A stretch of 60,776 nt of DNA, the filler included, from Hausera hauseri (Eukaryota): NCBI GenBank assembly GCA_046269625.1. It is 11 parts of 11 records of this genome, joined end to end, with 100 filler letters (N's around TTAATTAATTAA, not from the genome) between each part and the next. Parts side by side here need not be neighbours in the genome. Positions count along the whole stretch, not along the records: positions 44,463 to 48,695 come from JBJURY010685327.1; positions 48,796 to 53,904 come from JBJURY010332492.1; positions 54,005 to 60,776 come from JBJURY010066884.1; 8 more parts are not named here. The stretch is one strand, 5' to 3'. A program made the translations under genes and the position numbers. This document shows positions 47,466-60,233 of this stretch, in pieces. Position 1 is the first letter of the stretch. Every line of letters begins with the position of its first letter. Under the pieces are notes generated by a model. It was not told where the DNA came from, did no database searches, and worked only from the letters and a program-made list of their open reading frames with translations.

Positions 47466-48345
47466 TGACATATACTTAACTTCTGCGGTTACCACTTCTG
47501 GATGAGTCGAATAAAGTCTAGCGCAATCTATTCATTCTGGAATTATTAGTGCGAACAATTGTTTTCTCGTCCACAACATTTGCGGCTTATAAATTGCTGG
47601 TTTCGGCAAACGACCATTCCATGTTGGCAATTACATTAGATGATGCATCATTTCGCACGATTGATAAACACGTCTCTACGGGTCATTTTATTGGACGCAG
47701 TTGGTGTATCCTGTACCATACTCACAACTGGCTTGTTACTTTGAGTTGTAATGACCAATTTTCTGACACGGGCTAGATCAGGTACTTCGGCCTTTGTTTC
47801 AACGGATTGTGGCAAATGCAAATTCATTTCATCACATCAAAATCGGCGTTGTAAGGTGTTGTGACACTGAGGTTCAATCGAAATATTGAGAAGGGCAAAA
47901 CTTTCACTCGATGGCATATCACTGACATTTTGTGCAGTTGGTTGTCAAATGAATACCACAAAATCGTCGTTAAGCATATGACGCTCCATGGTTTATCCGT
48001 ACTGTAATCGAACGTCTGATGTATCTGTTCATCGTTTCAGGTCAATTCGTTCAGCATTGCCTCTTATAACAAATGCAGCACCAGGGTACATTGATCCATT
48101 GTTGACCAATTGTTGGCGATAATTGATGTTATAAGGTGTAATCTTCTCTGGAAACGTCACATTTTGAGCAATCATTTGAGGAACACCGACTTGATCGGCA
48201 TTAATGACCGTACGATCTGAGTAATTCGTTCTCTTTCCCGTTAAATTTGACCTAATTCGACCATGTTTATCCTTTAATCGCTGCTTTATGCTTTCCAACG
48301 GTCTGCCGGATTTTTGCGTTGCGACCGGTAAAAAAGGATTGTCAT
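47463..48345 (-). pseudogene. POLR2A: RNA polymerase II largest subunit fragment
   Basis: [63 protein letters not shown] (1-nt deletion in the catalytic NADFDGD), KPAIYKP..WTRKQLF, STHP. Confidence 0.92.
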
Positions 48346-48795
48346 TATAAGTAAGAATTAAATCTGTGTGCCATATGAGAACCTTGAAATACATTTTAAT
48401 CCTGTCACTGCTTGCTTTAGCATTTTGTGTGAAACTACACATTTTGTGTGTAGTTTCTAAAGTGATTGTTTCTTCTGCTGTAGCTAAGCCCATTGTTATG
48501 ATTCAGATTATTTTATCCTGGTGAACCCACTATTTTTGGATGTCATGCTGCAGAAAGAAACATGAAATAAATGTCAGGTTGAGTTTATTTTGTCTGCTGC
48601 TTGCAGGAAAGGGAAGAAAATGCCTAATAAAAGACTTCCTAAATTTAATATACCACAAAGTGAAACATTAACAAATAAAAATTTATTTTTAATCANNNNN
48701 NNNNNNNNNNNNNNNNNNNNNNNNNNNNNNNNNNNNNNNTTAATTAATTAANNNNNNNNNNNNNNNNNNNNNNNNNNNNNNNNNNNNNNNNNNNN

Positions 48796-51700
48796 CTAAA
48801 ACCAGAAGGAGATTGATCTTTTAACCACACAAACTTGGCAAAGTATAAATCCTTCGGAATGTAAGATTTGTTGTCATTAAAGAGGCAGCAGAATGAATCT
48901 GAGCTGACCTCGATGAAGTGAGATTTTGCCGCACGAATGTTTTCCTCTGCAGGATTGTCGTCGAGAATAGAAAGTTCAAATAAGGCTTGAATTGGAGTCC
49001 CAAAGAGTCTTCAGCTACAGCACAACTGGTAGTAATCGAAGGTGTGTTGCGCCATCCTAGTAGAACAAAAGGTAGAATGGACGTCCAATTGCGATGAGTG
49101 TCAGTTAAGGTTTTCAGAGACACTTTCATCGTACGATAGAACCTTTCAAGAAGGCCATTTGCTTGAGAATGATATGGAGTTGTGTGAAAATGGGATATCC
49201 CCAAGCGTTTGACAAGTGATTTAAAAAGCTCAGTCTCAAATTGTGTACCTTGATCCGTTATTATGTAACGTGGGGAACCAAATCAACTGATCAAGATTTT
49301 AATAAAAGCGTCGGCTACTGAATCAGTGTTTGTCGAATGAAGAGGGACGGCTTCAGGCCAACGAGAAGCACGATCCATCACAGTAAGTATGTGTTGATAT
49401 CCGTTGTCGGCAGATAAAGGACCAACTAAATCAAGATGAATTGTATAAAAGCGTGATGTACAGGGAAAGTGGTAAAGTGGTGGTTTAAGATGTTTGTTAA
49501 TCTTGTATTTTTGACAGGCCTTGCATTCTTTGACCCAGTCCTGTACATCTTTGCGCATTGACGGCCATACTACATGACGTTGAAGCAGGAGAAAAGTTGC
49601 TTTTCGAAACTGGATGATGAAGTGAATGCGTATGAACAAAAGCTGGCTTTTGTAAAGGTGGTGCTATGATAACCCTTTTATTGCCTGCATTAGACGTATC
49701 AAAAGCTATTCCATCAATAATCTTGTAGGATTTGAAAGAACTGAGTAACTCAGCAGATGGTTTATTGGCCTTTAAGACTTCAGATGAAAAAATCGGCTCA
49801 ACTGTAATGGATGGAACCGACCTCGATAGAAAGTTAGCTACCACATTATCCGTGCCTGAGATATATTCCAAAGTAAAACTGAACGTTGATAGGGATGATA
49901 TATGTCTCTCTTGCCTCGGTGATGGCTCTTTTAACGACATTATATGCAGCAGAGGCTTATGGTCAGTTTTAATGACGAATGGTCGCGAGAGAAGTAAGTG
50001 TTTGAAGTGTTTTACTGCAAAACCTATGGCGAGTAATTCACGGTGAAATGTGGAGTAACGGCTCTCGGTTTGTGTCAGCTTCCTAGAATAGAATTCTAAT
50101 GGCTCGTCGACGCCATTAGAAATCTGGTGTAGTACAGCACCAGTAGCTGTGGTTGAGGCATCGGTTGTAATAATAAAATCTGCCATGGGTTTCGGATAAG
50201 CCAGTATTTCTGCGGTTTTAAGACCTTCGCGCAAATGATCAAACTTGGTTATCAAATCAGGATTCCAGTGGATCAACTGCCTCTTTTCTCCGGATGATAG
50301 ATGTGCGAAAGGAGCTGTAAGCTAAGAGCAATGAGGCACGTAATTGTGGATGAAGTGGAGTGTGCCTAAAAAGCTTCTCATGTCAGTGGTTGTTGTTGGT
50401 AGCGTTATGTTCTTTAATTGTTGTAGTCGATCTGGTTGTGGAGAGTGGCCGTCAGGAGTGATGACGTGACCTAGGAAATTTACGCGTTTTTGAAAGAAAT
50501 GACACTTGGCGAAGTTGACTTGCAAATTGCTATGATGTAATCTGTGAAAGATAATACGAAGGTGTTCTTGATGTTGTTTGACAGACGTAGAGGCAACTAG
50601 TATGTCATCAATATATGGATGAGCGAAGTCTAGGCCTGACAGTACAGTATCTATGTGCCGTTGGAAAGTTTGGAACGCACTACGTAAACCAAATGGCATA
50701 AAGATATATTCGTAGAAGCCAAATGGAATAATAATAATAGCTGTTTTTGGAATATCATCAGGTGCAACAAGAATCTGATTATATGCTTTATGCAAGTCAG
50801 TTGTGGAGTACGTGTTAGTGTTGGTAAGGTTTTGCAGGATGTCATTTATTAGAGGTAAAGGATAAGCATCTACGACTGTTAGATTATTTAATTGCCAATA
50901 ATCACTGCATGGTCTATATGTGCCATCTTTCTTCGTCACAACATGCAAAGGTGAGGCCTATGGTGATTTGGATCGTCGAATAATGCCCGCCTTTTCGAGT
51001 TCGTTAAACTCTGATTCAACGGCTTTTCGTCTGCGAGATGACAGTGGTCTGACCTTTTGTCTAATAGGTCTTTGGTGTTCGGTGATTATGTGATGATATG
51101 TTGTAGAATGAGGTTTGAAATTGATATCCTTCTTAAGAGTGCGGGAACATGAAGTCTTAATGTAGGATTTAAGGTCACAATCTAACGATGAGAATAATGA
51201 TGGCATATTATTATAAGAGTCAGTTGCTGTAATCGATGTGCAGAGACTAGGTGCTTCATTAACGACATTTGGTTCAGCCGAATGTTTCAAAATTGATTTG
51301 CTACCACTTGGCGAGATTGAAAATCTAGATGAAATGTTAAATGCGTTGTTGTCCACCGATGAGCAGGATGTCACATTGATATTTGAACGATGTGAGGAAA
51401 ACAAGGTTTCCGACTGGTCTTTTGGCAAGTATTTGTTAGAATTGGCAGTGAAGTCTCTGCGCAGGAGGCACTTATGCTTGCAGTCGACTAACAAGTCGTA
51501 TGCAGCCAAGAAATCTGAGCCTATTATAGGCGATCTGATGTTGGCTATATGAAAATTCCAGGAAAATTTCCCTGGTAGGTTGTTACCTACAGTGTTCAAA
51601 GGTTGACCACAGGCAGTGAAGAGTGGAGGAGACAGAACTGTTTTAGATGTAGGAGCGAAAGACAAAGGAAGAAGTGAAAAAGCAGCTCCTGAATCAATAA

Positions 51701-53160
51701 GGAAATCTACGTGTGATGTGTTCCCAAATAATAGATCAGCTTTCAACAGAAAGACTGCAGAAGCGGTGTTGAAACGGCCAGTAGTTTGAACGATATTGCC
51801 TGTACCAGAATGTGCCGTGGCATCTGGTGGCATTACTGGTTTTTTGAGACTTGTTGGTAGGAGGCGGACGAATGGTGAGTGTGTGGAGACGAAGAAAATG
51901 GAGAAGAACTAGGATTCCTTTTATAATGCTTACATTCTGGTACGCATGACCTAGCCTTGGACTGGTACCTTGAGTGATAGATGCAGATTGGATTGCTACG
52001 GCATATCGTGCATCGTAGAATCGCCAACCTAAAACCCACTTCCGTCATCTCTGCGGAATTTGTTGTGATAGAAACACACCATTTTGCCCTCTCTAGATTT
52101 AGAACGAGAAGAGTGCCTAGACAAACTGCGATCGCGGAAAATGCGATTTTCGCTCCCTCGGGGCACATATAAGCCGCTGAGTTGGGCGGTGATTGCAGAA
52201 ATTGCTTGTTGTAGGGTATCGAATTGTTTCTGCATCAAGTTTAGTTGCTGTCCAAATAACGTGTTGTCTGGCAGTATGTGAGCAGTTGCTGCGGCTATTG
52301 GCTGAGAGTTATTGGACTGCAGAATATCGAAGCTTTTGTCTGCCAATAAGGCGAGCTTTTCGAGGGCAGTAGAGTTATCTACAACAGTAAGCAACGCTCG
52401 GATGGAGGTTGGCAGAGATGAGAGAAAGTATCAACGAAGACGATCAGCATTGTTTGTCGGAGTCACGCCTAAAGAGCTCAGGTGAGAGATGGCCATTTTA
52501 AGGAAATCTGGTGGTTTTTGATTTCCAATGGCGTGTTCGTTAAAGTACTTCTGGATAATGCTGTCGATTGAAGGGTCGGTGACATATAGAACCGACTCGT
52601 ACAGCATATCATACGGGGTTGAAGAGGAGAGTATGTCAGCCAAGTTACTTATCTGCTGTTTGATGTTGGCTGGGAATAACAGCAGTAAACTCTTAGCCCG
52701 CAGAAAGGGATCTGTAATGTGATTGGCTTTTAACCATTGCAAGTGGAACTGCAGCCAGGTACGACTAGAATTCGTCTTGTCTAAAAAGAAATCCGTGCAT
52801 GGGAGATTGGGACATATGTTTGTTGTAGGATCGACAGGACGACGGTCTGATCTAGTTTTTGTTATGTGTTCGGTAGAAGGATCAAGGTCTGATCCACCAC
52901 GGATGCAAAAATGAACACAGAGAGTGATGGAATATTTATCAGGTGCAAAGGATGAAAAATAGTTGTAAGGTTGCAAAGTTAGGCCGTTGTGCATAAGGTA
53001 AAAATCAGAAAAACCGAAATAAGAGTACAATTCAGTATAAAGAATGTGAGGTGTTTGTGCGTGTGTAACCCTTAATGTGTGGATATGTTTATGATTAGAA
53101 AAAATAAAAAAGAAAGGGTACATGGCGCAACGGGTGCGGGCACGCTCGGTCCCTCAACCA
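48796..53160 (-). mobile_element. Gypsy family C copy 2 (gag-pro-RT-RH-IN), decayed
   Basis: FLIDSGAAFSLLP; PYIDDILV; TTDASTTATGAVL; HLDLVGPL, ITDQG, ANGLLERF; PBS-like TGGTTGAGGGACC at 53160-53148. Confidence 0.93.
52893..53123 (-). CDS. N-terminal 77-aa ubiquitin-like domain of Gag ending in IRGG
   Basis: MYPFFFIFSNHKHIHTLRVTHAQTPHILYTELYSYFGFSDFYLMHNGLTLQPYNYFSSFAPDKYSITLCVHFCIRGG aligns end to end with the 76-aa ubiquitin pattern. Confidence 0.7.
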
Positions 53161-53525
53161 AATCATTTATGAATAATGAAATACGGATAGGTAAGTTATC
53201 TCTTTCGACCATCTTCGGACTAAGTTCCAGATTAAGACACCAGAGTGATTCAGCTTGTGTTTTGTTTCTCTCAGTAACCGTGTCATAGAAAGTAGTTAGA
53301 AGTGAGGACTTGGCACCAACCCCCTCCCCAGGGAAGGAAGGAAGCCAATGGGAGGAGAATACGTCATCGGAGGAAAGTAAACTGGCGAATGAGAAGAGGA
53401 CACGTCATCGCGGGGTGAGGAAAACTGACCAATCAGGGAGGGAAGCTGGTGCCAAGTGGGTTTCACTATTGAACAAAGCATTATCTGTTGATGCCAACTG
53501 GGTTTCACTATTCCCACCCATTATT
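53161..53525 (-). repeat. Putative 5' LTR/promoter of family C copy 2
   Basis: Immediately upstream of the PBS-like TGG; CCAAT and TGACGT motifs; 20-bp direct repeat GCCAA.TGGGTTTCACTATT at ~53451 and ~53493. Boundaries uncertain. Confidence 0.45.
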
Positions 53526-54185
53526 TGTTTTAATTTTAGTGGTCGGGTATAAATATAGATGTGTAAATAGCATGGCGTTGTTTCAAGGAATAGTACAATA
53601 AATGGTAAGTTTTTGTACTGCTAAATAATTCATATACTTAGAATTACAAAATAGATTTAGAAGCTTAAATTAAACGGCTCACAAAGGAAATATGCAGTGG
53701 GAAAATAGACTGTGTACAGTTTCTTAATGAAATGGACAATGGATACTATCTTTCAAAAGAAGATTATGTTGAACTTGTTGTTCGTTCAATACTAATGACA
53801 AAGATTAAAGAAGAGTTTAGAAAAAGGCAGAGAAATATTATACTTGCGTGTAGTATACTTACTGGTGCATTTGTAGTATTTTTATCTAGATTTGTTCATT
53901 AATANNNNNNNNNNNNNNNNNNNNNNNNNNNNNNNNNNNNNNNNNNNNTTAATTAATTAANNNNNNNNNNNNNNNNNNNNNNNNNNNNNNNNNNNNNNNN
54001 NNNNTGCCTAGAATTGTGAAAACAGTAAAACCACTGCAGCCAATATTAAAAAACGACTAGAAGAAGCAGTACGTGACGAAAAACAGCTTCAAGTTGCAAA
54101 AGATTTTTATTTGCCATTAGCAATTCGTGCTGGTCAGATCTATTTTGCTTTTGCGGATCTTTCAATCAATAATAACATATACCAG

Positions 54186-57100
54186 TTTTCCAGCAAGTAT
54201 CAAGCAGCAAATCAATAATCTTGCCGATATACTCACCTCTTTAAATCCATATGATATGCTTTATGAATCAGTCCTACATATCACCGACCCTTCCATTGAC
54301 AGCATAGTACAAAAGTACTTCAATGAGCATGCTATCAAAACTCAAAAACCGTCGGATTTACTTAAAACTGCAATTTGACAGCTAAGTTCCTTAAGCGTCT
54401 CTCCTACAAACAATGTCGATCTTCATCTGTATTTTCTTTCTTTTTTGCCCACCTCTATCAGAGTGTTGCTTACGGTAGTAGAGAATTCAACAGCACTTGA
54501 GAAACTCGCCTTACTGGCAGATAGAAGTTTCGACATCTTGCAATCAAATGGTTTACAACCAGTAGCTGCAGCAACCACTTACACACCATCACATACAGAT
54601 AACATTTTATTTCCACAACAACTGCAAATGATGCAGAAACAGTTCGACACACTTCAACAAGCAATCTCTGCGATTACAGCCCAACTTAGTGTGTTATCTG
54701 TGCCTCGAAGAAGCGAAAACCGTGTCTCGCGCAATCGTAACCTTTCCAAGAATTTTTTTCGGTCCAAATCTCGAGATGGAAGAATGACTTGTTTTTATCA
54801 CAATAAATTCCACAAAGACGCAAGGAAGTGTGTTTTGGGCTGTAGATTTTACGACGAACGTTATGCAGTATACAGCCCACTGCATTTATCACACAAAGTA
54901 TCAGTTCAAGGCTAAATCGTGTGTGCCAGGATGCAAATGTTATAAAAGGAATTCTAGTTTTTCTCCATCTTCTTCGCCTCCTCGTACTCATCATTCCTCT
55001 TCTATTTCCCAACAAGCCTAAAAAAACTAACAGCGCCGCCAGATGTCACGGCACATTCTAGTATAGGCAATATCGCTCAATCTTCTGGCCATTTCAATAC
55101 CGCCTCTGCAGTCTTTCTGTTGGAAGCTGAACTGTTATTTGGAGACACCTCACAAATAGACTTCCTTATCGATTCAGGAGCTGCCTTTTCACTTCTTTGT
55201 TTGTCCTTCGCTCCTACATTTAACACTCCTACATTTAACTCTTTGCTGTTTGTGGTCAACCTTTGAACATTTTAGGCACCACAAAACTGTCCTTCACATT
55301 CTCCAACCTACCATGGAAATTCTCTGGGAAATTTCACATAGCCAATATTAGATCGCCCATAATAGGCTCCGATTTCCTGGCTGCATACGATTTGTTAGTC
55401 GACTGTAAACATAGATGTCTTCTGCACAGAAACTCCGTTGCAAATACCAACAAATGCTCACCAGACGACCAGCCGTATACCTTCTTGTCTTCCGCTGTTC
55501 ATTCAAATGTCAATGTGAGATGCTGTTCATCGTCTGATAACAATACGCTTGATAATTCATCCATATTTTCAATTTCGTCAAGTGGAAACAAATCAATCTT
55601 CAAACAATCGATTGAACCGTATGTTTTTAATGAAGTGTTCACTCATTCTACATCAATTACAGCCACTGACTCTTCCAATAATATGCCGTCATCTTTCTTA
55701 TCATTGGAATCCAATCTTAAATCCTACATCAAAACTTCTTGTTTCCTCACTCTAAAGAAGGACCTCAATTTCAAGCCGCATTCTACAACTTATCACCACA
55801 TCGTCACCGAACACCAATGACCTATCAGACAAAAGGTCAGACCACTGTCACCTCGTAGACGAAAAGCCGTTGAATAAGAGTTTAATAAACTCGAAAAGGC
55901 TGGAATTATTCGAAGATCCAAATCACCATGGGCTTCACCTTTGCATATAGTGACAAAGAAAGATGGCACTTACAGACCATGTGGTGACTATCGGCAGTTA
56001 AAAAACCTGACAGCCCTAGATGCTTATCCTTTACCCGTCATAAAGGACATCCTGCACAGTCTTACCAACACTAATACGTACTCCACAATTGACTTGCGTA
56101 AAGCTTATCATCAAATTCCGGTTGCACCCGATGATATTCCAAAAACTGCTGTTATTACTCCATTTGGCCTTTATGAATATATCTTTATGCCATTTGGTTT
56201 ACGCAGTGCTTCCCAAACTTTTCAACGGCACACTGATACCGTCCTCTCAGGCCTTGACTTTGCTCATCCATATATTGGTGACATATTAGTTGCCTCCACA
56301 TAGGTTAAACAACATCTAGAACACCTCCGTATTATCTTTCACAGACTACATCACAGCAATTTGCAAGTCAATTTTTCTAAGCGTCATTTTTTCAAAAACG
56401 TGTTAATTTCCTAGGCCACATGATCACTCCTAATGGCCACTCTTCACAACCGGATCGACTACAACAATTGAAAACATAACGTTGCCAAAGACCACGACGG
56501 ATATGAGGAGTTTCTTAGACACACTGCACTTCATCCACAAATACGTACATCATTGTTCTGAGCTCAGGGCACCTTTCGCACATCTATCTTCAGGGTAAAA
56601 GAGGCATTTATTTCACTGGACTCCTGATTTAGTCGCCAAATTTGATCACTTACGCGAAGATTTAAAAACCGTAGAAATACTGGCCCATCCTACAGTCAAG
56701 GCAGATCTTATACCTACGATCGATGCCTTTACCACAGCTACCGGTGTAGTACTACACCAGATTTCTAACGGCGTCAATGAACCATTAGAATTTTACTCCA
56801 GGGAACTAACACAACCCGAAATCCGTTACTCAACATTTGACCGTGAGTTACTCGCCATAGTTATGGCAGTAAACAATTTCAAGCATCTCCTCCTCTCTTG
56901 TTTATTTATCATCCAAGCTGATCACAAGCCTCTGCTGCACATCATCTTATGAAAACAGCCATCACCGAGGCAGGAACGACAGATATCATACCTGTCTACT
57001 TTTAGTTTGATTTGGAATACATCTCAGGCACAGATAATTTGGTAGCATATTTATATCGAGGTAGGTTGGCTCCATTATAGTTCAGCCGATTTTCTCATCC

Positions 57101-58678
57101 GTAGTCTCAAGGGCAAATCTACCGTCTGCCGACATCCTTAGTTCCTTCAAATCCTTTGACATGATTGATGGCATTGCTTTTGATACGTCGAACATCGGTA
57201 ATAAAAAGATCATTCTAGGACTACCTTTACAAAGGCCAGCTTTTGTTTATACGCATTCACTCCATAATCCAGGTTCGAAAGCAACCTTTCGCCTGCTTCA
57301 ACGCCACGTAGTTTGGCCATCAATGCGCAGAGATGTACAGGCTGGGTTAAAAAATGCGTAGCCTGTCAAAAATACAAAATCAACAAACACCTTAAACTGC
57401 CGCTTTACCATTTCCCCTGTACATCACGCTTTCATACAATTCATCTTGATCTCGCTGGCCCTTTACCTTCTGACAACGGATATCAGTATATCCTTACAAT
57501 TATGGATTGTGCTTCTCGCTGGCCTGAAGCCGTTCCTCTTCGTTCAACGAACACTGATTCAGTAGCTGACGCCTTTATAAAAATCGGGATCAGTCGTTTT
57601 GGTTCCCACATTACATAATAACAGATTAAGTCCACAGTTTGAATCGAAACTCTTCAAATCGCTTGTAAAACACTTGGGGATATCCAATTTTCATACAACT
57701 CCATATCACCCTCAAGCAAATGCCCTCCTTGAAAGGTTCCATCGAACAATGAAAGTTTCTTTAAAAATCTTGGCTGACATTCATCGTAATTGGATTTTAT
57801 TCTACCATTTGTTCCACTACGTTGGCGCAACACATCCTCTATCACTATCGGTTGTGCTCCAGCCGAAACACTCTTTGGGACTCCAATTCGGGCCTTATTT
57901 GAACTTTCTGACCTCGACGACAACCCCACAGACGAAAAAATTCGTGCAGCACAATCTTACTTCGTCGAGGTCAGCTTAGATTCATTCTGGGGTCTCTTTA
58001 ACAACAACAAATCCTATACTCCGAAGGATTTATACTCCGCCAAGTTTGTGTGGCCGAAGGATCAATTGTCTTCTAGATTTAGACCTCAATATGTTGGTCC
58101 ATACAAACTGATGACTCTCTCATTTCATACAGCAACCATTTTACGCCAAGATAAACCTAACAACGACCATATTTTGAATCTGAAGCCCGCTTTCTTTATC
58201 GATGACAAGCGGAATGCCAATTCTACCTCCAACTCAAACTCAACTCATATTCCGCCCAATTTTCTAAATGGCTTTGTGCCGTTGCAGCAATCACTTTTCT
58301 GTCACACTCAAGCATCGTCATGTCCCCCATCCATCTCACATCCCTCTCCATAATCATGCTCACTACTTTCTTCACCTCTTTTACCTACATCGACTGTTTC
58401 ATCACCTCCAATTGCATCGCCTTTTCTGCTTGATTCATATTTTCTATCATCTTTATCACAAAATATCACTCAACAGCCCAGCACAAATCCATCGAATAAG
58501 GTACGCAGAGTGACAGCAGAGAAACGTTCTTTGATGATACACAACGCCTGACCCATAATAAAACCGAATAGGCACCAATCATTGTTCCTTTTTGCGACTC
58601 ATCGTTTTCATCCATCTTATCATAATCATTCTTTTTTCGTCTTTACATAGTTTCTTTCTGCCACGGGGGGAAGGATGA
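54186..58678 (+). mobile_element. Gypsy family C copy 3 (5'-truncated gag to PPT), decayed
   Basis: Colinear and highly similar to the reverse complement of 48796-52680; PPT GGGGGGAAGGA at 58665-58675. Confidence 0.93.
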
Positions 58679-59158
58679 TGTGGTGCCGCGGTCGCTGGCG
58701 CAAATCGTGTCCCTATATCAAAAGATGCATCAGACTACGAGGATTTTTGATTTTTCAAGGTCAGTGTTCAAGCGCGAAAATCAGTTGCTTAAAATTGATC
58801 AGTCATTTGGCGGTTACATGTCATGCAGTTCATTCCAAATCAAAATTTACGCCATTTCACATTTTTGCAATGTTTTCTTCTAACAGGCAGTGCAGTTCGT
58901 CTCAAGTCAAAATTGACGTCATTTCACACTTTTACAATGTTCTTTCCCAACAGGCAGTGCAAAAATATAGACCGCTACATTTGTCTTTGATCGCAGCTTG
59001 GTAATATCATTGTAAATATTGTACAAAAATAGATTAATAATTATAGAGTTTTTTGGAATTTTAAATAAAGAAATAGAAACTTGCTATAACCGTGGATTTT
59101 TTTGTTCAATTTATTTATTCAACTGTAGATCTATTTCACCTTTAATATGAAATTAAAT
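58679..59158 (+). repeat. Putative LTR with internal ~66-bp tandem duplication (58825-58960)
   Basis: Begins TGTGG right after the PPT; AATAAA at ~59063; followed by a PBS-like sequence. Confidence 0.55.
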
Positions 59159-59240
59159 TGGTGTCAGAAGTGGAATTCGAACTCATGGACGTACGTAATG
59201 GACTGTTCAATTGTATCTCCCTGATCATCTACGCCAAATA
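59159..59240 (-). pseudogene. tRNA-Leu-derived sequence with encoded CCA / extended primer-binding site
   Basis: Plus strand TGGTGTCAGAAGTGGAATTCGAACTCATG is complementary to the tRNA-Leu 3' end; a box-A-like TGGCGTAGATGA lies at tRNA-length distance on the minus strand. Confidence 0.6.
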
Positions 59241-59325
59241 ATCCTATTATTGAAAGGCTTTTAAAAACTTTAGTATTTTGACATTACTCCAACCGTCTTC
59301 AAATATTCTCCAAAGGATTTTTTAG

Positions 59326-60233
59326 GTAGTGTATCAAGAAATAAATGATATTGAAAAACTAAAGCGAAATTTTCAAGAAATTTTAACGAAGTTCGAAGGA
59401 ACTTACCATAAAGTGAGTTAGCATGGGTAGTGAAAAGCTCTTACATTTTATTACTTCAGGAATACCAGTTCATTTTCTTTGATCAAGCAGTCCATCATGT
59501 CGTTCGGATTTGCAGAATTCTACAACTTCACAAAGGACACATGCTCATAATTGGAACTGAAGGTTGTGGGAAATATTCCAATTTGAAAATTAGTTGCATC
59601 TTGTCAGGCATTGAACTTCACAAACTCAATATGACTTCGAAATAAAATTTACGAATCACGTCTTTCAGAAATGATGTGAAGAAAATTTTGGAAAAATCCG
59701 TTCTGTTAAATAAAAAATGTGTATTGTACTTATCCGATATGAACGATCTGACAACAAATTCCTTCATGGATGACTTAATTTGTTTACTCAACTCTGGCTA
59801 TATTCCTGATATCTACAAACAAAAGAAATTAGAAAGTATATACTCGCGACTTAAAGACGAGGTTGCTTCAGTGGAATTATCCAAAGATACAAACGTGTTA
59901 TACGATCATTTTATACAGAAAATTAATCGAAATCTTCACATTTTTATTTGACTTAGTCCGTCGAACCCGGATTATTTAAGCCGTTTGGAAAATAATGTTA
60001 GTTTGATAAATTATTGTACAATTGATTGGTATGATGATTGGACGACTCATTCGATGTTACACGTTTCCAAATATCGAATAGTTAAAATATTCGACAATAT
60101 ATCTCATGAAGTTCAGGATAAGTCGGTTTATATCAATACAATCACAGACGCATGTATTTACATATACAAAACAACTATTGATATTGGCCAACGGTTTCAA
60201 AATGAACCACGAATACCATATCATATTGATTGA
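59326..60233 (+). pseudogene. Dynein heavy chain (axonemal-like) AAA4-region fragment with 47-nt intron (59413-59459) and two in-frame stops
   Basis: FFDQAVHHVVRICRIL..GHMLIIGTEGCGK, FMDDLICLLNSGYIPDIY, NLHIFI*LSP, SLINYCTIDWYDDW; GTGAG...TTCAG phase-0 intron. Confidence 0.85.

Noticed and set aside
53600-53903. Short plus-strand exon ending in a hydrophobic tail (..IILACSILTGAFVVFLSRFVH*)
   Set aside because: Plausible tail-anchored protein end, but contains a stop and cannot be assigned.
4014-54004. Recurrent TTAATTAATTAA motif as a biological repeat, and gene-cluster interpretations across it
   Set aside because: Always centred in a 100-nt N spacer; it is an assembly linker, so neighbouring contigs need not be linked.
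59643-59951. Alternative genetic code (TGA at a conserved Cys position, TAA near a Tyr position in dynein)
   Set aside because: Both are single-base changes; TAA/TAG terminate intact ORFs elsewhere, and long ORFs contain no such internal codons.
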